Of a DNA stretch of 64,000 nucleotides, positions 10,061 to 17,759 are shown one piece after another. The notes beneath the pieces were generated by a model, which ran no database searches, was not told the origin of the DNA, and worked only from the letters and a program-made list of their open reading frames with translations. Positions within the stretch are counted from its first letter, which is position 1, and every line of letters starts with the position of its first letter. The DNA comes from Anaerolineaceae bacterium UBA5404. Lineage in GTDB: Bacteria; Chloroflexota; Anaerolineae; Anaerolineales; Anaerolineaceae. Position numbers and translations under genes: made by a program. The stretch covers positions 38,320 through 102,319 of the forward strand of contig DHNY01000009.1 of assembly GCA_002409625.1 (NCBI GenBank). Reading direction: 5' to 3'.

Positions 10061-11174
10061 GATGCAAAAATTATCACCAAAGGTGTTTGAGTCATTAAGT
10101 GCTTATATTGATGGTCAATTGAGCCCCGAAGAAGCCCAGGCAATTGAGGCTAAATTGGCTGCTTCTATTAAGTTTCAACAGGCTCATGACCAACTAAAAG
10201 CAATGCGCGCTACCGTGCGTGCTATGCCTCAGCGCAAAGCTCCACGCAACTTCATCCTCACCCGTGCCGAAGCCGCCGAAGCCAAACGAGGACGCAATTG
10301 GTCCCGTGCTTTTGGGCTGGCATTTAGCCTGTGTGCCGTACTCCTGGTGACACTTTTTAGCTATGACGGCATGAGCAATCTTTTAGGCGCAAACAAAAGC
10401 GCGTTTGATAGCCCTTCCAACATCGAAATGGCTGCTCCCATGGCTGCAAGTGACTCGGCAGAAGAGATGGCGTCTGAACCCCGACTCATGTTTGATGAAG
10501 TAGAAAGTGAAAAACCTGTTTTACTCAATTGGGTTCCCACTGCAGGCGTGGGCGGTGGTGGAGGCTCCGGTCCAAGGGAGATTTGGTCATCAACGCCAGA
10601 AGACGAGTCACCGATAGAAATCCAACCTCAGGTCGCTTCGGCGCAGCCGGAACAAGACCCCATTGAAGAAGAGCTCATTCATGTTCACATCCACCCAATA
10701 AGTGGTGCGGTAACCATTTGCGACCCGATAGACGGTTGCGGTTATGGTTCAAGCAGTGGTGCAGTCAGTGAAAAGGAAAATGAGCATTGGGTGAACCCAG
10801 ATCTTATTTACCTGGATCCTATAACCGGTGAACACAAGCTTTGTGAAAAACCAGGTGCTTGTGGGGAAAGCGCTGGGATTTTTGCCTCAGGTAAGGGAGC
10901 TGACGAATCCAGCGATGAAATCACGCCTTACGAAAGTGCTTTTCCCCTCATTCTTGGTTTGGATCATGAAAATGAAGGTGAGGTTCTTTCGGTATCACCC
11001 AGCATTGAGCATGAAGACCTGGAAGCAAAGCTCTCTGAGCAAGCCGGTGATTATGCAGGCGACGTCGACCATCAGCGCTATTTGCAAAATCAATTGAAGC
11101 TCTGGCTGAAGATTGGTCTCGCCAGCCTTGCCGCCTTGTTTGCGGTCATCTGGCTGATCATCCGCCGCAGATAA
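10047..11174 (+). CDS. putative membrane anti-sigma factor
   Basis: Overlaps the sigma gene by 14 nt. N-terminus 'LSAYIDGQLSPEEAQAIEAKL' is typical of anti-sigma N-domains. TM helices occur near residue 95 and at the extreme C-terminus, flanking an acidic Cys-containing segment. Confidence 0.6.
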   Translation: MMMDKMQKLSPKVFESLSAYIDGQLSPEEAQAIEAKLAASIKFQQAHDQLKAMRATVRAMPQRKAPRNFILTRAEAAEAKRGRNWSRAFGLAFSLCAVLLVTLFSYDGMSNLLGANKSAFDSPSNIEMAAPMAASDSAEEMASEPRLMFDEVESEKPVLLNWVPTAGVGGGGGSGPREIWSSTPEDESPIEIQPQVASAQPEQDPIEEELIHVHIHPISGAVTICDPIDGCGYGSSSGAVSEKENEHWVNPDLIYLDPITGEHKLCEKPGACGESAGIFASGKGADESSDEITPYESAFPLILGLDHENEGEVLSVSPSIEHEDLEAKLSEQAGDYAGDVDHQRYLQNQLKLWLKIGLASLAALFAVIWLIIRRR

Positions 11175-11227
11175 TCCTCTTTCTCATCAAAATACTCTTA
11201 TTGCACTGGGGACCTCAATCCCCACTA

Positions 11228-11510
11228 ATGTCGCCTTTATCCGCTTGGCGAGACATCCCGCCGGGCCTTAAATTCCTGATGTCGCCTTTATCCGCTTGGT
11301 GAGGCGTCTCGCCGGGCCTTAATATCCTGATGTCGCCGTTATCCGCTTGGTGAGGCGTCTCGCCGAGCCTTCATTTCCTGATGTCGCCGTTATCCGCTTG
11401 GCAAGGCGTCCCGCCGAGCCTTAAAATCCTGATGTCACCGTTATCCGCTTGGCAAGGCGTCCCGCCGAGCCTTAAAATCCTGATATCGCCGGTGTCCCAC
11501 CGTGCGACCA
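11228..11510. repeat. tandem array: 5 head-to-tail copies of a 51-bp unit plus a distinct terminal unit
   Basis: Units start at 11228, 11279, 11330, 11381 and 11432 (consensus ATGTCGCCNTTATCCGCTTGGYRAGRCRTCYCGCCGRGCCTTNANNTCCTG). The sixth position, at 11483, is ATATCGCCGGTGTCCCACCGTGCGACC. Confidence 0.95.
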
Positions 11511-11601
11511 AGTCAAGTAAACCCAAACTCCCATTATGCCACTACCAGCTAAGAAACTACTTTGCCCAAAACAAGTGAATTTGCCTTTTCCCACCTTAAG
11601 C

Positions 11602-11697
11602 CCTACGGTGAGACACCGAGGGCATCGGAACATCAGCAAAGCCTACGGTGAGACACCGAGGGCATCGGAATACTAACATCGCCGGTGTCCCACCGTG
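11602..11697. repeat. two direct copies of the motif CCTACGGTGAGACACCGAGGGCATCGGAA followed by its inverted partner
   Basis: Identical 29-mers at 11602-11630 and 11642-11670. ATCGCCGGTGTCCCACCGTG at 11678-11697 complements ACGGTGAGACACCG with one mismatch. Confidence 0.9.
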
Positions 11698-11710
11698 TAT
11701 ACCCTGGCTA

Positions 11711-11840
11711 ATGTCGCCTTTATCCGCTTGGCGAGGCGTCTCGCCGAGCCTTATAGTCCTGATGTCGCCTTTATCCGCTTGGCGAGGCGTCCCGCCGAGC
11801 CTTCATATCCTGATGTCGCCGGTGTCCCACCGTGCGACCA
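11711..11840. repeat. second mini-array: 2 copies of the 51-bp unit plus terminal unit
   Basis: Units at 11711 and 11762, followed by ATGTCGCCGGTGTCCCACCGTGCGACCAAGG at 11813. Confidence 0.95.
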
Positions 11841-11900
11841 AGGCACCTAATCCCAGTCTTCCATTCTGCCATCAACACCTGATGGACTTCGTAAAACAAA

Positions 11901-11927
11901 TGAGCCTGCCCAATCGGGCAAGCTCAT
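11901..11927 (-). terminator. rho-independent (bidirectional-looking) terminator downstream of metK
   Basis: TGAGCCTGCCC-AATC-GGGCAAGCTCA, flanked by an A-rich left side and a T-rich right side; 35 nt past the metK stop. Confidence 0.7.
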
Positions 11928-11961
11928 TGTTTTTCTTCAGGACTAATATACCACTAAAGGC

Positions 11962-13185
11962 TTATATGCCAGCCGCTTTCTTCAGCGCGTCGACACGATC
12001 GGTGCGTTCCCAGGTAAATTCAATATCATCACGGCCAAAGTGACCATAGTTGGAAGTCTGGCGATAGATAGGCTTGAGCAAATCCAAATCACGGATCAAA
12101 GCACGCGGGCGCAGGTCAAACACTTCTTGCACGATATCCGCCAATTTATCGTCTTCGATAACGCCGGTACCAAAGGTATCCACATTCACGCTCAAAGGCT
12201 CAGGAATACCAATCGCATACGCAAATTGCAATTCGCAGCGTGTGGCTAAGCCGGCAGCAACGATGTTCTTGGCAACCCAGCGCGCGGCATAAGCAGCTGT
12301 GCGGTCAACTTTTGTTGGATCTTTTCCGCTAAAGGCACCGCCACCATGACGTCCCATACCACCATAAGAGTCACAAATAATCTTGCGACCGGTCAAACCG
12401 GCATCGCCCATAGGACCACCCACCACAAACCGACCGGTGGGGTTGGTGTAAATGATGGTATCTTCGTCCATCAATTCGGCAGGGATAACGGGCTTGATCA
12501 CATGCTCAATCAAACCCTGTCGAATGGTTTCGTTGGAAAGCTCAACGCCTTCAAACTTGTCCGCATGTTGGGTGCTCACCAAAACGGTGTGCACACGCTT
12601 GGGTTTGCCATAAGCGTATTCGATGGTCACCTGGCTCTTGCCATCTGGATACATCCAGGGTAAAGTCTCATTCTTGCGAACTTCAGCCATACGACGGGTG
12701 AGTTTGTGGGCATAGTAAATGGGCATGGGCATCAAGGTTGGAGTTTCGTCACAGGCGTAACCAAACATCATGCCCTGGTCGCCAGCGCCACCCGAATTGA
12801 TATATTCTTCAGAATAGACAACTTCCTCGGTGCGCCCTTTTTGGTCCACACCTTGGGAAATGTCGGGGGATTGTCCTGCCAAAGCCGTCAAAACACCACA
12901 AACTTCAGCATCAAAGCCTTTTTTACCACGGTCATAGCCGATATCTTTGATCACTTCGCGTGCCAGGCTATCGATATCCACGAAGCCATTGGTGCCCACC
13001 TCGCCAAAAACCATCACATAGCCGGTTTTGGCTGCAGTCTCACAAGCCACGCGACTGTAAGGATCCTGCCTGATCAATTCGTCCAGCACGGCATCACTAA
13101 CCTGGTCACAAAGTTTGTCTGGGTGTCCTTCGGTAACAGATTCCGAAGTAAAGAGATACTTGGGCAAATTTGCAAAACTTGTCAT
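11962..13185 (-). CDS. metK: S-adenosylmethionine synthase
   Basis: 407 aa; '[24 protein letters not shown]', '[12 protein letters not shown]', '[27 protein letters not shown]'. Confidence 0.97.
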   Translation of the reverse strand: MTSFANLPKYLFTSESVTEGHPDKLCDQVSDAVLDELIRQDPYSRVACETAAKTGYVMVFGEVGTNGFVDIDSLAREVIKDIGYDRGKKGFDAEVCGVLTALAGQSPDISQGVDQKGRTEEVVYSEEYINSGGAGDQGMMFGYACDETPTLMPMPIYYAHKLTRRMAEVRKNETLPWMYPDGKSQVTIEYAYGKPKRVHTVLVSTQHADKFEGVELSNETIRQGLIEHVIKPVIPAELMDEDTIIYTNPTGRFVVGGPMGDAGLTGRKIICDSYGGMGRHGGGAFSGKDPTKVDRTAAYAARWVAKNIVAAGLATRCELQFAYAIGIPEPLSVNVDTFGTGVIEDDKLADIVQEVFDLRPRALIRDLDLLKPIYRQTSNYGHFGRDDIEFTWERTDRVDALKKAAGI

Positions 13186-13210
13186 TAATTAACCTCCTCA
13201 GGTTTGAAAT

Positions 13211-13234
13211 AAAAAGCCCCGCGATTGAGGGGCA
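13211..13234 (-). terminator. riboswitch expression-platform terminator in the metK leader
   Basis: Minus strand reads GCCCCTCAATCGCGGGGC followed by TTTTTATTT; lies between the SAM aptamer and the GGAGG RBS of metK. Confidence 0.65.
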
Positions 13235-13254
13235 AGGATTTTTGGGATTTCTCA

Positions 13255-13353
13255 CCTCTCATCTTCCAGTTTTCCTGTCGGATTTGGCACCATGCGGTTA
13301 GCTGGTTGCCGAAGCTTCATCGGGCCGGTCCCTCCACTTCTCTGGATAAGAGC
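13255..13353 (-). promoter_or_regulatory. SAM-I (S-box) riboswitch aptamer
   Basis: Minus strand reads GCTCTTATCCAGAGAAGTGGAGGGACCGGCCCGATGAAGCTTCGGCAACCAGC...GGTGCCAAATCCGACAG...GAAGATGAGAGG. This matches the conserved S-box core (CUUAUCaAGAG, GGAGGGAC.GGCCCGAUGAAGC, GGCAACC, GGUGCYAAWUCC, P1-closing GAUGAGAG). Confidence 0.9.
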
Positions 13354-13375
13354 ACAAGGCTAAATTGTTAAGCTA

Positions 13376-13403
13376 ATTATAAACGAAGGGCAAAAATCGT
13401 CAA
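13376..13403 (-). promoter_or_regulatory. putative promoter of the riboswitch-metK transcript
   Basis: On the minus strand TTGACG (13403-13398), 16-nt spacer, TATAAT (13381-13376); about 20 nt upstream of the aptamer. Confidence 0.6.
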
Positions 13404-13468
13404 GTCGCCTAGGCATGGCAAGACTTCTACAGGCTAAATCTTATGCTCATCTAAGGTCAAAGCGCCAC

Positions 13469-13855
13469 TTACGCCTTATTAGGATTCTTGCGCCAATAAG
13501 TCTGGATATCCTTCTTGTCTTCGATATTGAAATCAATGATGCGTCCCAGCAGGGCATAATCAACCGGTTTATTCCACGGGAATTTGAGGAACATCATGCT
13601 GTGTTCATAACCCGCCGCTTTGATTTGTTCAGAAAAATGTTCGATTCCCGCATACTCCGGCGCAGCCGCCAAATGTTTTGACGAAACGCTAAAAGCGATG
13701 ATAAAGGTGCCATGATCGGTGAAATGAGGCGCATTCCAGGCAATTTTTTTGCCCAAATCAGGATAAGTGTCCATCACCCATTGCAGAACCTCCTGGGCAC
13801 GCTCGCGGTGCTCCGGGGTCTTAATTGTCTCAAGCCATTCCATAAAGGTTTCCAT
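13469..13855 (-). CDS. DUF1801 (YdhG-like) domain protein
   Basis: 128 aa; the 'KIAWNAPHFTDHGTFIIAFSVSSKHL' pattern resembles YdhG-like/DUF1801 proteins; function unknown. Confidence 0.55.
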   Translation of the reverse strand: METFMEWLETIKTPEHRERAQEVLQWVMDTYPDLGKKIAWNAPHFTDHGTFIIAFSVSSKHLAAAPEYAGIEHFSEQIKAAGYEHSMMFLKFPWNKPVDYALLGRIIDFNIEDKKDIQTYWRKNPNKA

Positions 13856-14182
13856 CGCAAACTCCTTTTTATGCGCTAAGCCTATTTAATTCTAAAACAG
13901 TCCTGATCCCATCGCCAATCAGCGCATAGTGTCCGCTAAGCGCAATGCACATTTTATAAGCGTGTGGCGAGGACACCACACGCCAGATCGTTTAGCTGTG
14001 GTTCATCCCCTCCAGCGCAGCGCAGGGACTGCTTGCGCTCCGAGGTGCTTTTCCGAGGAGTTGGGAATTAAAGGGGTGGGTCTTTTTTTATTTACACCAG
14101 AATGACTAATAGATTTCATCAAACACAGGGCGTTCATAAATCATGGCAATGACATTAAAAACTACATTGGATGTTTTCCATT

Positions 14183-14213
14183 AAAAAAGCCCCTCGGTTA
14201 GCTTCCGAGGGAC
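14183..14213 (-). terminator. rho-independent terminator downstream of tRNA-Ser
   Basis: Minus strand: GTCCCTCGG-AAGCTAA-CCGAGGGGC followed by TTTTTT. Confidence 0.7.
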
Positions 14214-14223
14214 AAATATCAGG

Positions 14224-14311
14224 CGGAGAGAGTGGGATTCGAACCCACGGTAGGATGAAATCCTACAACGGTTTTCGAGACCGCCCCGTTCAACCGCTCC
14301 GGCATCTCTCC
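14224..14311 (-). tRNA. tRNA-Ser (anticodon CGA)
   Basis: Minus strand GGAGAGATGCCGGAGCGGTTGAACGG...GGTCTCGAAAACC...long variable arm...GGGTTCGAATCCCACTCTCTCCG. It has a 7-bp acceptor stem, anticodon loop CU-CGA-AA and T-loop GGTTCGAATCC. Confidence 0.9.
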
Positions 14312-14332
14312 AAGTGCAAGGATTATACTCGA

Positions 14333-15733
14333 TTACAAGTCAAATGTCTGACCTTTTTCAGCATAAATCGGCTCAGGGAAACCACCGGCTTCAGCCAGTT
14401 TTGCCATAAAAGCTTCCGCGGCAAAAGCTTCACCATGCACTAAAATCAATTTCTCCAAAGACTCTTTGCTTGCCTCGGCGTAATCCAGCAACATGGTTTG
14501 CCCGGCGTGCGCGCTTAGACCCCCAATCGTCACCACCTCAGCTTTGCGGAAAAACGCCTCGCCAAAGATGTGCACCTTGCGTTCCTGGTCTGCCAAACGG
14601 CGTCCCAAAGTATATGGCGCCTGCCAGGAGATAATCAGGATCATATTACGCCCATCTTCAATTGTGTTGCGCAAATGGTGTAAAATGCGCCCGCTTTCCG
14701 CCATGCCCGAAGCCGAGATAATAATCATGGGCTCTTTCCAATCGTTTAAAGCCTTAGACTCATCCACACTCCGCGTAAAGATAATGTTATGAAAATCCAA
14801 ACCCTGCATGCGGTGCTCGGCGATAAACTGCCAGGTCTCGTCATCAAAACACTCAGTGTGCTTGCGGTATAAGTCAGAAGCGTTGACTGCCAAAGGACTA
14901 TCCACAATCACCGGGATGTCGGGTATATCGCCTTTTTCAATCGCCTCACTCAGCAAATAAACCAGGTTTTGTGTGCGCCCCACTGCAAAAGCCGGCACAA
15001 TCACCTTGCCACCCCGGCTCACAGTTCGATTAACCGCATCCACAAACTCATCATAAGCATCATAAAGCGACTCATGCGGTTTATCGCCATAGGTACATTC
15101 CATAATCAGGGTGTCCACATTTTCGGGCAGAACCGGGTCACGCAAAATGGGCATATCATTGCGCCCAATGTCACCTGAATACCACAAGCGTTTATCCTCA
15201 CCGGCATCATTTTTATAGTCAAGCACTATTGCGGTTGAGCCCAAAATATGTCCTGCTTCAACCAGGCGTGCCGTGATGCCGGGGATAGGCTCAAAAGCTA
15301 CGTCATTCCAAACCATTTTAAAATGTGGCATGGCTTCTATGGCGTCCTTTTGGGTGTAAATGGGCTCCAGCATGGGCTTGTTTTTATTACGCCGTTTTTT
15401 GTTTAGGTAACGGATGTCATATTCCTGGATGTGTCCCGAGTCTCGTAACATAATGTCGGCCAGGTCAACCGTGGCGTTGGTCGCGTAAATATTGCCTCTA
15501 AAACCCTGCTTGACCAGGTTGGGGATGTTTCCGCTGTGATCAATGTGGGCATGTGACAAAATCATGGCGTCTATTTCGGCAGGATTGAAGGGGAAGTTTA
15601 GGTTTGTGTAATAGCTTTCTTCCCGTCTGCCTTGAAAGGTGCCACATTCTAAAAGGAGCTTTTTGCCTCCATGTTCCACCAGCATCATCGAACCGGTTAC
15701 CGTTCGTGCTGCGCCAAAAACGGTTAATTTCAT
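14333..15733 (-). CDS. MBL-fold metallo-hydrolase of the beta-CASP RNA-metabolising family
   Basis: 466 aa; 'ILSHAHIDHSGNIP' (HxHxDH motif) and a C-terminal beta-CASP-like region ending 'LVHGE'. Confidence 0.8.
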   Translation of the reverse strand: MKLTVFGAARTVTGSMMLVEHGGKKLLLECGTFQGRREESYYTNLNFPFNPAEIDAMILSHAHIDHSGNIPNLVKQGFRGNIYATNATVDLADIMLRDSGHIQEYDIRYLNKKRRNKNKPMLEPIYTQKDAIEAMPHFKMVWNDVAFEPIPGITARLVEAGHILGSTAIVLDYKNDAGEDKRLWYSGDIGRNDMPILRDPVLPENVDTLIMECTYGDKPHESLYDAYDEFVDAVNRTVSRGGKVIVPAFAVGRTQNLVYLLSEAIEKGDIPDIPVIVDSPLAVNASDLYRKHTECFDDETWQFIAEHRMQGLDFHNIIFTRSVDESKALNDWKEPMIIISASGMAESGRILHHLRNTIEDGRNMILIISWQAPYTLGRRLADQERKVHIFGEAFFRKAEVVTIGGLSAHAGQTMLLDYAEASKESLEKLILVHGEAFAAEAFMAKLAEAGGFPEPIYAEKGQTFDL

Positions 15734-16890
15734 CGTCGTATCCTCTCCAGCAAATCTAATATTTGCTTTCCATATCGTTCAAACCTGAGCGGGTAATCGC
15801 TCATCACTTCTTCCAAACTTGCCATGTTGTCTGGATCAACTTTGGCAATTTTCTCCACCATTTCCCGTGCCAGAATAAGATTACTCGGCATGCCTTCCTG
15901 ATGACCAATATTTTTGCGCAAGTCCATAAGGCTTTCAAGACGTTCAAACTGATCTTCTGCAATACGGTGATATGCGGGTCTGTAAAGTTTTCCTGGGTTT
16001 TCTTGCCAGCGCAAAACCGTGTTCACAATCACACTGCCAAAACGTTTAACCTGGTGTGGCGAAAGCACTTTAAGCTGGGAAAGTTGCGTTAAGGATTGGG
16101 GCATCGCAAGGGTAATGGCTACCATGGCCGTATCGCCAAAAATCTTAAAAGGCGGACGGTTGCGTTTTTCTGCTAACATTTCGCGGGTGTGGTTGAGTGC
16201 TTCAAGCAAGCTCATTTCCGAAGCATTCAAGTCGCGACTGCCTTTAACCCGCCACACATCCTCGCCGTGCGCACGCATTGGAGGCATGTTTTTTGCCATG
16301 GCATTGGCATCTTCGTGCAATAAATCCAACCAGCCAATCGCCTCCAAACGAGGCACCAGATAATCACGCAGTTTGATCAAAAAGTGCGAATCAGCCTGGG
16401 CGTAAGCTAACATTTCTTGTTTTAAGGGTCGTTCACCCCAATTAGCGCGTTGAAATTTTTTGGTTAAGACAATGCCAAAATACTTTTCAAGCAGTGTGCC
16501 CAAGCCGAGGTTGGTTTCTCCCAGGGCACTGGCAGCCAGCATGGTGTCAAACACATTGTTGAAAACAAAGCCATAATCACGCTTCAGTGTAGAGATATCA
16601 TAATCACCGGCGTGCAAGAGTTTCTCAATCGTTTCGTCCGCGATTAACTCGCCTAATGCGCTTAAATCATCAAAGGCAAAGGGGTCAAGCAGAAAATCCT
16701 GTGTTTTTGAAGAAAGCTGAATCAGACAAACGCGTTCCTGGTAAGCAAAAAGACTGTTGGATTCGGTATCAATAGCAATAGCAGCTTGCCCTTTGAGATG
16801 CGCAATCATCTTTTGATAGCGCTCTGTTGTGGTTACCAGCTCAGCTGGTGGCATTGAAGCAATGGGCATGTTTTTATTATACACCCGCAT
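15730..16890 (-). CDS. rnd: ribonuclease D-like 3'-5' exonuclease with HRDC domain
   Basis: 386 aa; DEDDy exo motifs 'IAIDTESNSLFAYQERVCLIQLS', 'LLHAGDYDISTL', 'AYAQADSHFL'; 4-nt overlap with the downstream beta-CASP gene. Confidence 0.8.
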   Translation of the reverse strand: MRVYNKNMPIASMPPAELVTTTERYQKMIAHLKGQAAIAIDTESNSLFAYQERVCLIQLSSKTQDFLLDPFAFDDLSALGELIADETIEKLLHAGDYDISTLKRDYGFVFNNVFDTMLAASALGETNLGLGTLLEKYFGIVLTKKFQRANWGERPLKQEMLAYAQADSHFLIKLRDYLVPRLEAIGWLDLLHEDANAMAKNMPPMRAHGEDVWRVKGSRDLNASEMSLLEALNHTREMLAEKRNRPPFKIFGDTAMVAITLAMPQSLTQLSQLKVLSPHQVKRFGSVIVNTVLRWQENPGKLYRPAYHRIAEDQFERLESLMDLRKNIGHQEGMPSNLILAREMVEKIAKVDPDNMASLEEVMSDYPLRFERYGKQILDLLERIRR

Positions 16891-16939
16891 TTTAAGATTA
16901 CAGACTATAATGAAAAAACTTTAGATACCAGGAGCAACT

Positions 16940-17377
16940 ATGCGTGCTATTTTACAAAGAGTGAGCAAAGGCAGTGTAAGCGTTGACGGTAAGCTTGTGG
17001 CTGATATTGGTTTAGGTTATGTTGTGCTTTTGGGTGTTGGGCATGACGACACCCAAGAAAAGGCGCGTGAGCTGGCTGAAAAAACGGTCTATTTGCGCGT
17101 TTTTGGCGATGATGAGGGCAAAATGAACCGCTCGCTGCTTGATGTTGCTGGCGAGATGATTGTTGTCTCCCAATTCACGCTGCACGCCGATACCAGTCGT
17201 GGACGTCGCCCCAGCTTTATCAATGCCGCCAAACCTGAACTTGCTGAACCTTTGGTGGACTATTTCATCGAGCAAGTACGCGGTTTTGGCGTCCAGGTGC
17301 AAAGCGGCATCTTTGGCGCTCACATGGTGGTGGATATCCAAAATGATGGTCCGGTGACCATTACACTTGAAAATTAA
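16940..17377 (+). CDS. dtd: D-aminoacyl-tRNA deacylase
   Basis: 145 aa; 'MRAILQRVSKGSVSVDG', 'VVSQFTLHADTSRGRRPSF', 'FGAHMVVDIQNDGPVTI'. Confidence 0.93.
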   Translation: MRAILQRVSKGSVSVDGKLVADIGLGYVVLLGVGHDDTQEKARELAEKTVYLRVFGDDEGKMNRSLLDVAGEMIVVSQFTLHADTSRGRRPSFINAAKPELAEPLVDYFIEQVRGFGVQVQSGIFGAHMVVDIQNDGPVTITLEN

Positions 17378-17473
17378 GGGTCATAAAACGGGAAAGCTTT
17401 TACTTTTTCAAGCTTTTTGCTCAACCCTTGGCGACATCATATATAATTAAGACGGATAAAGAAAGGACACAAA

Positions 17474-17689
17474 ATGAAGAAAGTATGCTCATTGTTTAGA
17501 GGCGTTTTGTTTGGCGCGGTTGTTGGCAGTGCCATTGTATTGCTTTTTACACCTTGGTCTGGTGATGAACTCAAACAAAATATTAGCGAATTCGTCAATA
17601 ACTTTCAGGATGACGTTCGCCAGGCTGGCACAGAAAAACGCCAGGAACTTGAAATGGAATTAGCAAGACTTCGCTCTGGCAAAATCTAA
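17474..17689 (+). CDS. YtxH-like small membrane-associated protein
   Basis: 71 aa; N-terminal hydrophobic helix 'GVLFGAVVGSAIVLLFTPWSG' then a charged helix, as in YtxH-domain proteins. Confidence 0.55.
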   Translation: MKKVCSLFRGVLFGAVVGSAIVLLFTPWSGDELKQNISEFVNNFQDDVRQAGTEKRQELEMELARLRSGKI

Positions 17690-17716
17690 TTTTCACTTTA
17701 GGACATGAATAAAAAA

Positions 17717-17747
17717 GCCGTCACTTTTTGATGTGGCGGCTTTTTTT
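17717..17747. terminator. bidirectional rho-independent terminator
   Basis: AAAAAA-GCCGTCAC-loop-GTGGCGGC-TTTTTTT between convergent genes. Confidence 0.75.
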
Positions 17748-17759
17748 GTTTTTCAATGA

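Noticed and set aside
11228-11840. Possible CRISPR array, because of regular spacing and palindromic repeats
   Set aside because: The whole 51-bp period is conserved from unit to unit, so there are no unique spacers between repeats. No cas genes are nearby, and the array is capped by a related but different motif. It is a tandem repeat, not a CRISPR array.
11381-12043. Track ORFs 11381-11578 and 11648-12043, encoding repeated 'MSPLSAWQGVPPSLKIL' peptides (multi-core RiPP-like precursor idea)
   Set aside because: In the same frame, units 2 and 3 (11279 and 11330) read ATG TCG CC. TTA TCC GCT TGG TGA, which is an in-frame stop. No RBS precedes the ATGs. ORF 11648-12043 also runs antisense into metK and its terminator. 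The apparent peptide is a by-product of a 51-bp (3n) DNA repeat.
12706-13188. Long antisense or nested track ORFs
   Set aside because: Examples include 12706-13188 opposite metK, 44021-44827 opposite the GlpA-like gene, 40399-41013 opposite the ABC exporter, 7986-8588 opposite lysS, 5958-6464 opposite treS and 59791-60390 in the phage-like block. Each sits opposite or inside a gene with strong family signatures. Their translations are low-complexity or His/Arg/Cys-rich with no motifs, which is typical of shadow ORFs.
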